DNA of 63,855 bases, counting the filler, from Rhabdomonas costata (Eukaryota), in the NCBI GenBank assembly GCA_019059605.1. It is 38 parts of 38 records of this genome, joined end to end, with 100 filler letters (N's around TTAATTAATTAA, not from the genome) between each part and the next. Parts side by side here need not be neighbours in the genome. Positions count along the whole stretch, not along the records: positions 50,495 to 52,077 come from JAHMHO010012625.1; positions 52,178 to 53,760 come from JAHMHO010012626.1; positions 53,861 to 55,443 come from JAHMHO010012627.1; positions 55,544 to 57,125 come from JAHMHO010012628.1; positions 57,226 to 58,807 come from JAHMHO010012629.1; positions 58,908 to 60,491 come from JAHMHO010012630.1; positions 60,592 to 62,173 come from JAHMHO010012631.1; positions 62,274 to 63,855 come from JAHMHO010012632.1; 30 more parts are not named here. One strand, 5' to 3'. The translations under genes were made by a program, and so were the position numbers. Positions 50,904-62,561 of the stretch are shown piece after piece; position 1 is the first letter of the stretch; every line of letters begins with the position of its first letter. A model generated the notes under the pieces. That model ran no database searches, had not been told where the DNA came from, and saw only the letters and a list, made by a program, of their open reading frames with translations.

Positions 50904-51574
50904 TGAAGCTGTCGGGGCTGTTCCCTGAGGTCTTGATGTTGGGGATGGAGATCCGCGAGAGGGTCGTGCAGTTTGCGCAGTCCCGCATTGAGGCTGCTCG
51001 GCAGGGGATGCAGCCCACCCCTGTTCCCCGGAGTGCGGGCGCCCAGCAGGGCTCTAGCAGCAATGACTGGAATTTCGCACGGGAACTGCTCCCCCTCCCC
51101 CCTAGGGTGAGGGTTTGGGGATCTTTCTCCTTAGACAACTTCAGGCACTGTACTGAACCTGAGAAAACTGTGCCCAGCAATGGTAATTTTTTTGGGGGGT
51201 AAAGTAGACTGCTTTTCACGTGAGGGCAGTGCAGACGAACCTTCTGCTTTTGGTGTCCAGTGGTCCTGCCGCTGATGCTATGCAGGTTACACGATTCAAG
51301 AATTCAAGCACAGTGGGGTGGTGGGGTACGTTCGTGTGCGAAAATTAAATGTCACAAAAGTAGTAGTAGTAGTAGCAATGTCGCCGGTGAGCGAGGTGTT
51401 GCGGCGGATTCGAGGGAGCAGCCAGAGGCTGACCTGAAGGGGTCGCAGGGCAGAACGGGAGAGGAGGCCGGACCCCCGGCCGCCGCGGCAGGGGGTCAGC
51501 GGAGCTGCCACAACATTTGGGTGATCAGCACCAACGCCATGAAGTACCTCCCCAATTACATCCGCAAGGCACAG
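50904..51574 (+). CDS. TRM8: tRNA (guanine-N7)-methyltransferase catalytic subunit (Trm8/METTL1)
   Basis: KLSGLFPEVLMLGMEIRERVVQFAQSRI (exon 50904-51106) and HNIWVISTNAMKYLPNYIRKAQ|gt (exon ending 51574). Confidence 0.93.
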
Positions 51575-52331
51575 GTGTGGATGCGTGCGCGCCTGCGCAA
51601 GCTGCGCAAGGCTTGCGTGAGGGTTCTGGGGCAGGGACGCTCAAGGGTGCTTTCCTTTTGCGCATTGTTCCACGGGAGGGATGGTGCAAAGAGTGTTGCT
51701 CTGATCTAGACTCACACAACTCCTGGTGGGTAAATCAAAGATTTGAGGGCAATCGATGGTGGGATGGTGAAACACGCCCCCTTCCCGCGTCTGAGTCCTT
51801 TGCCGGTCCCTTTATTTTTCTAGATGCTGCGAGAGTACTTATGCCAGTGGTTTTAGGTCCTGGTCAAGCCATTCCATGAAGGACACCGTGGTGTCCCCGA
51901 AAATTGGTTGCATCTAGAAATATGAAGATCAAAGGGTCTCCGGTTTTTATTCCCTCAATCTGATTTTCCCCTGAAGGTGGCAAAGAATGCAGACACGCTG
52001 TGGGATGGGGGCAGTCGCCAAGCCAGAACCGCCCACGTGGTGCGTGGATTTCGGATTGCCCCCCCCCACCCACCACANNNNNNNNNNNNNNNNNNNNNNN
52101 NNNNNNNNNNNNNNNNNNNNNTTAATTAATTAANNNNNNNNNNNNNNNNNNNNNNNNNNNNNNNNNNNNNNNNNNNNGTGGGGTTGTGTCGAAAAACGCC
52201 TCATAGTCCTCGGCCGACCCTCATGCCCATTCCATCTGCAGCGGCCTTTGTGGTGTTGGCCGCGCTTCGTATGTTTCGCAACACAAACACACACACACGC
52301 ACACATTCCTTTTGCGCGTGCCAAATTAAAG

Positions 52332-52539
52332 TGCTTTCGCGCAACTTGGTGGCACATGCCGTGCACGCGCGGGCTGTGGTGGGGCTGTGGGACCGCGAGC
52401 TGCGCTCCGCATTGGGGGACCGCAAGATCTGCCTGCTCTACCTTGCCAGCGAAATGATGCTGACGACCACCCGGAAGTTCTCGGTGTTCGTGATGGAGTT
52501 CATGGCGATCCTCCCGGAGGCCTTCTCCCACGTCGCTGA
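52332..52539 (+). CDS. CTD-interacting domain (CID) protein, RPRD1/Rtt103-like exon
   Basis: HARAVVGLWDRELRSALGDRKICLLYLASEMM..FVMEFMAILPEAFSHVA parallels RPRD1 HAGPIVSVWHRELRKAK..RKLTFLYLANDVIQ..FTREF...AFSHVA. Confidence 0.88.
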
Positions 52540-53204
52540 GTGTGTTCCCGTTGAATTCAACGCGCTGCTGCGCTTTCAGTTGTTCGGTACAGTATAGCCG
52601 TCGGAGGTGAGACTTTCGTTTCAAAGTAAGACAGATTCTGGGTCTGTTTCAAGTTGAATGATGGGTCACCGCTTCTGCGAACCTTGACGGGGCATCACTC
52701 ATCCAAAGTGGATATCCCGGTCACTCCCGTGCCACCACTCTTCATCGCATCCGTACTCCTAAGATAGGAAGAAAGTCGAGTTGCATGGCAAGCGCAGCGA
52801 GCCAGAAGAAAAAGAAGTATCTCTTCAGAAGGAAATGGTTTCTCACATTCGAATTTTCAGAGAACGGGGCCAATGGATTGCAGCAGGACCTTGGGGGGGG
52901 GGATTCACAGAAAAAAGCCTGCCAATTTTTTAATATGAAAAATTCCAACAGAAGGGCATGCCCGCACATACGGGGTGCCAAACCGCAACAGGGCAGCAAA
53001 CCTATAAAGAAGTATGCAAAAGAAATAACATGCCAATTCGACGCTAGTGCCTGAAACTATCGGTCGCAATTGTGAGTGTACAGGGGGGTACCTGGAATCC
53101 TTGGTTTGCACTTGAAAACACTGCTCGGCCTAAATAAAACGGTACTGGGATGGCTGAAACCGGGTCCTCTCTTGCACCGCCTGCCCCAAAACACAACGCC
53201 TACA

Positions 53205-53437
53205 ACCCGCTGAAGCAGCAGGGAGGCCAGGCTGTTGCAGAAGGAGCCGATCTGACGCTCCCACGATGGGGGAATCGCCACGGTACGGCTGAACGCCTCG
53301 CTGCCCTCCGCCAACGCTGCGGTGACGGTGCGGTGGTACACCGGCACGCTGAGGTCGCTGAGGCGGTAGACATTCTCGCGGCGCTCCACAACCATCACGT
53401 AGGGGGTCCAGATGGTCTGGATCAGCGTGATCTGGTC
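53205..53437 (-). CDS. Exon of an unknown protein
   Basis: cag|GAC acceptor and strongly G/C-ending codons; DQITLIQTIWTPYVMVVERRENVYRLSDLSVPVYHRT...SLLLQR. Confidence 0.65.
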
Positions 53438-54759
53438 CTGAAGCCAGTCCCTCTCCCCCAGGCACAATCACGCGATTCATAAGTCCAAAAAGAGCACCTC
53501 ATAGCCTTGAAAATGCGGCTAACTCGAAAAGGCCTGAAAAGGCCCTAACGGACTTTTCAAGATGCTGCTACGGGGCGAAAGAGATACTGCTAGAGGCTTC
53601 AAACTTAACTCAGTGCGACTATTCCACCAATTATCGGCCCCAACTGGCCAGCCTAGTTCATGTGTGCTCCTGTGCAAGGTGCTCCGGCTCCGGTCCCAGG
53701 TGGTGGCCGTCGAAAGACACCCAGCAAGCATTGAGCCAATGTAGTGGTACCACCCCAACCNNNNNNNNNNNNNNNNNNNNNNNNNNNNNNNNNNNNNNNN
53801 NNNNTTAATTAATTAANNNNNNNNNNNNNNNNNNNNNNNNNNNNNNNNNNNNNNNNNNNNTTGTTTTTTGAGTTGAAGCATCAGAAGTAATGGATGCAAC
53901 ATACACCGATGACTTCGCATCACAACCGGCGCAGAAGCAACCAGCATATTACTGTGAATCATTTGCGCTCTGCCATGCTGTCGTTTTGATGACATGAGTC
54001 AAAGTTTTCAAAGGCATGGGAAGTGTACTTCGAACATTTACTGGCTCCGGTTGAGACTCCATAGGATTCCTCCTGACGCCTCGTCAGAATTCAGTGACCC
54101 GCTACGCGAGCTGTTTTCCTTTGCAGTGCGCAACTCACGCAAAGCCGTTAGATGTTCTTCGATGGCGCCTAGTAGCAGGAATATGACTCCTTCCGAATTA
54201 ATCGCAGCGCCTTGTCTGCACAATTGCAAGTCAAGTAGTAGTCAAGTACTTGAAGCACTCTCCCCAGCTGTACACAACAACACGCTACGTCCTGGATAGT
54301 GTGGGTATCACACTCACCTCGGAATATCTCTCAAAAACAACCATAAGCCATCCGTCTTAACCTCCAACCGACACGCTACACATCACCTGTGCTCCTCCTC
54401 CTGCTTTCTCGGTGACACTGTATTACTCTGGAGACATTCTTGGCCACATTAGTGACAGGTACAATCCTACGGCTAATCTTGGTGAGACGGATTTGTTGTA
54501 TCGGAGGGATGGTGGCCTCTGTCTGCTCCGCTCGTAAGCGTTGTCTGTCCACTCGGTCTCTAGTTGAGTCCATTATGTCTCTGTCCAGATCGCTTCATCG
54601 TTTGTAAACATTTTGTGTGGAGTCGCGCGCGTCTCTGCGCGAGCTCCGCTTGTCTAGATCTTTTATGCATTGTGGTTTCTCCGTTAGTTGAAAAAGCAGC
54701 AGTCGAGAGATCCAAACAGGATCCAAGTCTGTGGGTGGTGTTCGACTGCATGGAAAACA

Positions 54760-55279
54760 GACCATGACCGCTGGTAGAGGGGAAAACTTCAGGGCGTCCA
54801 CCTCCATTGTAGTTGGTCAAGTAGCTGGGACTGCAGGCATTATAGTTGGTGGTTTCACTGATGTGAACGCATACTGAAAGGGGGCTGCTGTAGGCTGACC
54901 AACGTAGGTGACTCTTGGGGCTGGTCTCCATTGGATCCCTTAAAATTTCACATCCAATCTCGTAAGCGCCTTAATTGGTGACGTGGTTCTTCCTAGCATT
55001 TTTGTGAGCAAGCCAGGACTTCATGCCTTGCATGAAATCCAAAATCACGTTGGGTGTACGGAAGCGTTCCGGTAGGGCATTTGCGTATGTTTTGAACTTA
55101 GCTTTGTAGTCAGAGTAATCTCCGTTGTACATTTTAACATTGTGAGTTAGCTCGTAGATGAGTAGGTAGTGGTATTGCTTTGTTATGTAGTGCGCCTTTA
55201 GCATGTATGTGAACTGGTGCCATGAGGTGACGGTCTGCACGTTAGAAAATATGCCTCGTCCTGCGTCTCCAAAGGCCAT
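54760..55279 (-). mobile_element. gag: Ty3/Gypsy LTR retrotransposon Gag remnant
   Basis: SWHQFTYMLKAHY..LIYEL..NVKM..GDYSDYKAKFKTYANALP..VILDFMQGMK is a Retrotrans_gag capsid pattern. It is followed, after a frameshift, by the PTTMEVDA (PMExD) motif. Confidence 0.85.
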
Positions 55280-55819
55280 TTGTGTGCGCGGGTGGTTTCA
55301 AAAAATTTCTTCACCGTGGAAATCTGTAGTAAAAAAGCTGTATGCATAAACAAAACCATTCAAAATAAAGCCCTTTTCTTTCAATTTCGTTAACAAAACA
55401 ACAAAAAATGGACACTAAAAGTCGGTAAGAAAAACAAAAACACNNNNNNNNNNNNNNNNNNNNNNNNNNNNNNNNNNNNNNNNNNNNTTAATTAATTAAN
55501 NNNNNNNNNNNNNNNNNNNNNNNNNNNNNNNNNNNNNNNNNNNTTGTTTTTGTCTGCTTTTTATTTCAAACCCGTTTTGGGACACTTTGTAGGGTGTGAT
55601 GGTGAGGATGTTGGTTGTTGTACGGAATTTGGAGGTGGTATCAGTAGCTGAGAGCTCTTTTGCACAGCGTTCTTGAATGCTGGGCTGAACCTGAAGCTTC
55701 ATTGCACCCCCCCCCCTAACGAAAGGGTGTGCTTTGGGTCAACGGAAAGGTCCCTGTGCGTGAGGTCCATGCCACCCTCTTCTCTCCTCGCGACTGGGGC
55801 GCCCCCCGCCTCGCCTGAC

Positions 55820-57125
55820 CTGGGGCGGCTTGCGGTGCACACTGTGACCCACGACCTGCTGCGGAACTTCTGCCCCAGCTGGGACCCTGAAGGGAGATAC
55901 CTGTACTTCCTGAGCTCGCGGGAGTTCGAGCCGGTGTATGACACCCTGCTGTTTGGGCTAAGCTTCCCCGCAGGCACCCGACCCTACGTGGTGCTGCTGC
56001 AGCGCTCCACGCCTAACCCCTTCCTGGAGGAATTGCGGCCCCCAGACCGCGACGAGGACGATAGTGAGGAGGAGGAGGAGGAAGAGGACGTCGAGGAAAG
56101 CTCAGGTCTGCTTAAGCGTCTGGCGCCCAACGCTGATGTCGGGGGGGGGGAGACCTGTGCTTTGTCGGCAGGTGTGGAGGGTCTCTGCGTGGTTCTGTGC
56201 GGATCTCTTTGTTGTTCGCAAGGGGTTGCTGCCCGGTTGTCCTTCGCGGACACTTCACTGTGGGTGGTGGAATGGTGTGCACCAGGCGATTGCTTTCCTG
56301 TTGGGGCGTTTGGGAGCTCCGCTCAGCTACACGGCTTTTTTATAGTACCTTTGGCTTGTTTTCGGAGAACCTTAGCTCCAGTGGTGCTGCGGGTTGTTGA
56401 GCTTTGGCTATTGTGTGCATTTGCAGACGTGTGGGTGGTGGAGATTGACTTTGAGGGCATCCAGGACCGGGTGGTAGCCTTTCCGGTTAGTGCGGGTCGC
56501 TACTCCCGAATCTCCGGGTAGGCTTGCCTCGCTGCACGTGACTTTTCTCGCAGTGGCGTTTATGGAATGGTACCCGACGGAAATAGTATAGTTTGCTTTG
56601 GTGCCCCACCTCTGGTTGGACCCCTTCCAGCACCATACCAAGCTGTGCTCAAAGGTGTTTACGATGTTTACGACGGATGTTATGATAGTGAAGCAGCAGA
56701 TAGCGTTAAGGTTTTATAGTCTTGTTTATTGGGTATGGATGTACTTGGCGGGAATAATCTCGGGAAGTATCCGATTGCTTCGTCCACAAGACGGAATTAC
56801 AAAACGAAAGTCTAGATTGGCCTCCGGTCAATTCACTGTTACCCTTCCTTTTCAGGTTCCGGCTTATCCGGTTCGAAACCTATGCACATATAGAAAGATC
56901 GAAGGCCTTCTTTTGGCTTGGCGTCCCCTTAGATTGAGCTGCACGTCTCTACAAAGCCGACCAGTGGGCGTAGCTCGTGCCAACCAAGGATTTCAAGCCG
57001 TTCTCAACTCACTGACAGTCTTCCTGTTTTGCATTTTGTGGGCAAACCTCAGGCTGAAGGATGACCGTGTGGTATACTTGGTGCACCCCCTGGCCCCTGG
57101 GAAGAGCGTGGGGTTTGCCCACACA
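55820..57125 (+). CDS. tri: Tricorn protease (peptidase S41) beta-propeller region, three exons
   Basis: Exon ending 56105 (PSWDPEGRYLYFLSSREFEPVYDTLLFGLSFPAGTRPYVVLLQRSTPNPF), exon 56427-56517 (VEIDFEGIQDRVVAFPVSAGRYSRISG) and exon 57053-end. GT-AG introns with matching phases 1 and 2. Confidence 0.9.
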
Positions 57126-57799
57126 NNNNNNNNNNNNNNNNNNNNNNNNNNNNNNNNNNNNNNNNNNNNTTAATTAATTAANNNNNNNNNNNNNNNNNNN
57201 NNNNNNNNNNNNNNNNNNNNNNNNNTGTGGTGGGTGTGGTTGGGTGTGGGGGTAGTATAAAAGCTGTAGAGGTCCCTTGGGATACGGAACAGGACTCTAC
57301 AAAGTTGCGTGTGCAACTCGGCACTGCAGGTGTGCACTGGAAAGTGACCCGGCAGCTCATATTTACAGCCAGCCTTAAACCCCAACGATGGCTGAAAGAA
57401 AGACGCAAGGTGATCACATGGCGGTACACCACGGCGAGAGACAGTTCGGATTCCTGAACAGAACGAACGAACATAAAGATGGAGGGTGCGCAGGACGAGA
57501 AGGGCGTCAATAATGGAAAGTCGACAAACCCAAAACCTCCGCCAGCCTCGCGTCGAGAAAGGGATGGCAGACAAATAAGCCTCTGTGCAATTCCCCAAAG
57601 ACGAGATGCATGCGCCTGAGCTGCGTGCGAAGTGGGGAAGCAAGAAAATGCACAGAGGTAGTGGAGCTCAGTACAGTTCAATGCAATACAGTTCACACAG
57701 TCAAGCAAACGCACAGGAGCACGCACAAACACAGGCGGGGAGTGAACAGAGCAGTGCTCAAACAAAAAAGAAAGACGGAAAGAACGAAGACATTCACTA

Positions 57800-58754
57800 C
57801 GTATCGAAGAAGGGAGAACCGCAGCACTGGATCAGTCGGGGCCCACCCGCTGACGTGCTCAAGGAGATAAGTCCAACCCCATTTTCACACTACTTTTCGG
57901 CATTCTCCCTGCCCGCAAGTTGTGGTCCCCTAAGTAACGCCAATAAACTCCTTGGCAAAACGATCCACAAACAGCACAAAACGCAGAAACCGCCAGAGAC
58001 AAAACCGAAATCATCTACTACATTTCCCTACTTCTATGATGGGTTCTGACCATGGCAGCCGCCCACGGACGCACTCTCTCACAGAGTGCTCTCAACAGAG
58101 GCGGGCATCCTTTCGTCGGCTGTCCGCCGGGTCGCCCACTGGCGGTGACACCATCTTCTTTAAATGAGGCATGTGTGCTCTGGTGTGGATAGGCTGGGGA
58201 GGGAAACAACGAAGAAACAACGGATGACAGCCGAATTCTGGTAGCTCAATGACTTTTAAAAACAAAAAGAAGTCACGGAAGTCACACACGAGGGGAGCGA
58301 GAGAGAAGGCCCACGACCAAGAACATGAACGGCAGCAGCCTGAACCTGTACACACCACCAAAAGCGTCCAACCTCGACAGGAGGACGCGGGAAAGCAGCC
58401 CCGCAGAGCGCGTGAGAAGAGACGGGAGGGTTTTGGGGACCGTGACGGTTCCAAACAAAACCAGGCAGCACTCACCGCCTGCCGCTGGGAATGAAAAAGC
58501 GAATCACACAAAATGTGTGATAGGCAGATGAAATCGCTGGTTTGGTGCACAAAAGCATGCAAGCTTTTCGCTTTGTGCTTTGCAGTCCGCGGAATGCTAA
58601 GACGAACCACCTGTTGGAAGCCAGGTTCTCAGGAGAGTATAGATCCCGAAGAGTTGTCCAGGCACGGTGACAGGATTCTGCAGAGCTGTCTGTACAACTC
58701 TGAGCTTCAGGTGTACAGTGGGTGGCGACCCAGCAAGAACGGGTCAACCCCCAC
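57800..58754 (-). CDS. Candidate exons of an unknown protein
   Basis: Several AG/GT-bounded open segments (58754-58611, about 58160-58050, about 57857-57800). No domain recognised. Confidence 0.3.
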
Positions 58755-58907
58755 CTGCACCGTGGGAAAACGAGGGGTGGCTTGGGCGCGTGGGAAGGAA
58801 AAGCAGCNNNNNNNNNNNNNNNNNNNNNNNNNNNNNNNNNNNNNNNNNNNNTTAATTAATTAANNNNNNNNNNNNNNNNNNNNNNNNNNNNNNNNNNNNN
58901 NNNNNNN

Positions 58908-60428
58908 CTTCAGGCAGGGCTCGCGAGGCAAATCCAACATGCCAAGGGTGCGAATCCGCTCAAGCAGCTGGCGGTATTCTCCGAGATCCCCGAGTGGCTC
59001 CTTGAAAACTGGTCCAGTTCCCAGTAGTTGCTGTGCGAGGTGGCGTAGAGGCTCGAAGGCGCCTTTGCCCTGGAGAAAACCCACTATTACTCCCAGTGTA
59101 ACAGTGTCAAGGCGCACCTTGAGCTGAGGCAGCAGATCCAAGCCAACGCACATATTGGAGAGGTTCGTGGAAGGCCGGCTCAAAAGATTGTTGATCATAA
59201 GAACGCGTTGTTTGGGTTTGGTAACTTCGTCGAGTCGCTCGGGCTTGTCCAAAAGGTCGTTTTTCAGAAGCTCCTATAAAAAAGATCACACTCTCACGCC
59301 AATGTCTTCCGAGCCTCTCGCGCCTTCTCGAATGGAAGGAATGGAAGGACAGTCCGAGGACTAAGGCGGTTGAAGAGAAGGGTTGAAGAGGGTGACTCTT
59401 TATGTACGACCAATCAAAATAAGAAGAGCAAGAAAATGGGGAGGGGGGTGCTTTTTAGCAAGACAAAGAACTCGAGGAAAGTGAGTGAGGCCGGGGCAAT
59501 GCCGGGAAGTCCTTAATTTTACAGACAACTTCGAAAAAATTGAACTGATCTTTTCAGACGCCGACGTCGAAACTCTTGTGCGCCACCTAACCAGAGAATA
59601 AAAGCTGAAAATAGAAGGGAAAAAGTCCCTGCAGCAGCCCTTCATAATCGGGCTTTTGCTTCGAAAAGGCTAAAAATCATTCGGGAATGATGCTGGAGCG
59701 CAAACCAAACAAAAACATTTTCCCTCGGGCTGGTGCATGGTGTGAATCGATAAATGACGCACTAAGGTGGGTGTCAGTCATACCATTGCCTCGGTGAACT
59801 CGATGATGCGGCAGTTCAGAGCACAGGACAGTCCAATGAAGGTCCAGCGGTAGTCGCGGTATGCCTCTAGTGTCATCTCCCGGTCCCCCGCCGCCGCGAA
59901 CGCGTTGATGAAATTGTTGCAGGTCAGGTCGGGGTGATTGTCGTAACCAACAGAGCGCCGGGCCATCCATAGGGCATTCAATCCCTCTCGCTGCTGCTTA
60001 TGGTTTTGGCACTTGCCATACGCTCGACACAAGACTCTAAGCAGTTCAGCGCTATAAGTAATTCCAGAGATCTCGCGCTGAAGCTCTGCCAGCTTCTCTC
60101 CGTGATTGCCATTCACACAGTACGCTTTCACAAGGTCAGCGTAGTACCAGGTATCTACAGCAAGGCCAGTCTCCTTAACTTTGGAGCGTACCCACTCAAG
60201 GCCTTCCACGCAGTCCACCTCCTCGAGTCCATAGGCCTTAACCAGCGCAGTCAGAGCGTACAGGCCAAGGTCACCTGCTCTTTCAAGCGCATCACGGAGG
60301 TTTTGCACCTGGTCAAGAAAGGCGGCTCTGGAGCAAGGGCGAGGTGTACTTTTCTCCCAACGCTTCGTCAATTTTGAGAGCTTCTCAAGGGTTTCCTGAG
60401 TAGCCATTGTAAACAAATGCCGCTGCAT
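58908..60428 (-). CDS. Pentatricopeptide-repeat (PPR)-like protein, two exons
   Basis: Repeats LTALVKAYG, DTWYYADLVKAYC, LLRVLCRAYGKC and PDLTCNNFINAFAAAGD. Donor gtatga at about 59783; the next exon starts about 59273 after ttttttatag. Confidence 0.8.
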
Positions 60429-60491
60429 ATGCAGCGGCATTTGTTTACAATGGCTACTCAGGAAACCCTTGAGAAGCTCTCAAAATTGACG
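60366..60491. repeat. 126-bp perfect palindrome at the contig end (fold-back chimera)
   Basis: Centre at 60428/60429; the left arm is PPR coding sequence. Confidence 0.93.
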
Positions 60492-61537
60492 NNNNNNNNN
60501 NNNNNNNNNNNNNNNNNNNNNNNNNNNNNNNNNNNTTAATTAATTAANNNNNNNNNNNNNNNNNNNNNNNNNNNNNNNNNNNNNNNNNNNNGTTTTTTGG
60601 TAAGAGCCGGTGATCAGGAATTCATCTAAAGTGACCCTTTTTTGGAGACGCAGCGTCTCGCGTTTCGACGTCTCCGTTTTTTCATCGGTTTTTTGACGGG
60701 GGCTGCATATTTATTTTCTGTATCACTGTCTGGGCAGCCACGACCCTCCACACGGCCCCGCGTGGGTAGTGGCGGGCCGGCCCGGCACGACTCTGGGGTT
60801 CCTGCGGACGGGGCTGCGGACCCCTCCCGCATCAGCCCAGCCTCCTCTTCTGAGGTCTGCGTTGTGGTGGTCTTGTCTTTGGGGGAAAGGATTGCCCCAC
60901 GGGTCGTCCCTGCCATTTTCCCTGTTTCTGTATTTTCCTCCCAATTCCCCTTCTTAATTGTGTTGCATCCATTTATCTGATACGCTTGCATGCTAATTTG
61001 TCCAAGACAAGCCTGTAGCGTTAGTCTAACCCTCTTCACAACTTTCATACAAGGCAGTATGTCTACACGCTCGAATTTTCCCGCTCGGCAGCTAAGGAAG
61101 GCGAGGAACCCTCCGCCTGCAGCGCTGACAATGCGACGACAAAGCAACGTTTCTATGGATTTTGGGGCGAACGAGACCCTCTCACCCACGGGAAAGCCCA
61201 GTTGTGATAGTAAAACGTCAATTCAATTCCAAAAAAATTCTTCCCCAAAGGACGGAAGGCATGGCCGTGCCGAGGGGTCTGCCCCAATGGCCGCCCCTTT
61301 GATCTCCCCGTTGGAGCTCGACGTGCTCTCTGGTGGGGAGGAGGATCCACCTGGCGACAAGCCCCCGGTCTCTCCTCGCTCTCAGGCAAGGGTACGTGGG
61401 CAGACGCGAGAGAATGTGTGGAGGGGGTTCCATGGGAATAAGAGAAGGAGAGTTGTGTGGCTAGATACGTCAACTGAGGCTGATGCTCTCGCCGGGTTTC
61501 TTTTTCTTTTCGTGTGCCTTGTACCTTCGTACTAGTC

Positions 61538-61603
61538 AAGGACGGACAGAAACCAAGCCTGCTTTGTCTTCACGTAGGTTGTGCACCTGATGAGTCCGTC
61601 TTT
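61538..61603 (+). ncRNA. Hammerhead-ribozyme-like motif, type II topology (variant or decayed)
   Basis: aaggacggac-a-GAAA-ccaag(cctg)ctttG-TC-ttcacg(taggt)tgtgcac-CTGATGA-gtccgtcttt: a 10-bp stem II closes both core boxes, with a GUC cleavage triplet at 61566-61568. Confidence 0.6.
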
Positions 61604-62561
61604 TTTTGTTCCCCTTGTTTTGTTGGAAGATTAGAGCAGTATGTGTGGGGTCATCCGGGACTCCTTCGGTTTGTCTTCGTGAGGTATCCCATCTTGTATT
61701 GTGGCGTACGTTTTCACTACATGTTCTTCTTTGATCTACTACTTCATATCATTGCTTCAGTTTTTTTTCCGCACCATGGACCGGAACAGATCCGAACGAA
61801 CGAACGAACGAAGGCTCCACTGTGGAGTACACTGAACCTCCCGAACGGAGGGAAGCTCTTGCGAGTGGAAGAACGACAGCTGATCCGCGGCATTATCGGC
61901 AAGCAACGACGCCACTACGGGCAGTCCTTACGATCACAATTCATCTCCCAGCGCACCACACGCAAGTAAGAACTGACCCCCAGGCAGAAGCCACTGCCTC
62001 AAATTTACCTTCAATCCCTTGTATTAGTAAAGCCCCGAAATCCGGTAAAAGCACTTGAAGGTATTCCCCTCCTCCGCTCGACTTTCGGCTTCCTCTTCTC
62101 GTCAGCTGGCCTCTGTGATGCCTCGAGTGCGGAAGTCCGTCTCTGCAGCCCAGGAGCTGGACCGCCACTGCTCNNNNNNNNNNNNNNNNNNNNNNNNNNN
62201 NNNNNNNNNNNNNNNNNTTAATTAATTAANNNNNNNNNNNNNNNNNNNNNNNNNNNNNNNNNNNNNNNNNNNNGTGGTGGGTGTGTTTGGGTGGGGGTGT
62301 TCTCACACATCGTGGTGAACCCTAAAACGTGAAGCCCTCGAAACCTTCCGCGAGGTACACCCAAAAGCAGCCACGGGCGCAGTGCAAAAAGCCACACTCT
62401 TCCCAGCGCAACATAACCTGTCCTCTAATTATCAAAATAGACATCAATCGGAGGCACTACTTTACAATCGGTAATGAGCGGTATCTTTCCACAAAACGGC
62501 CGAACTCGCGATAAGTTACACCACATGCACGACAAAAAGATCCAGGCAGCTGGACAGGGAC

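Noticed and set aside
62075-62140. Second hammerhead-like CTGACGA...GAAA on the minus strand
   Set aside because: Stems I and II do not pair.
1584-62273. Regularly spaced TTAATTAATTAA repeats resembling an array or CRISPR
   Set aside because: These are artificial linkers embedded in N runs, and the spacing reflects size-sorted contigs.
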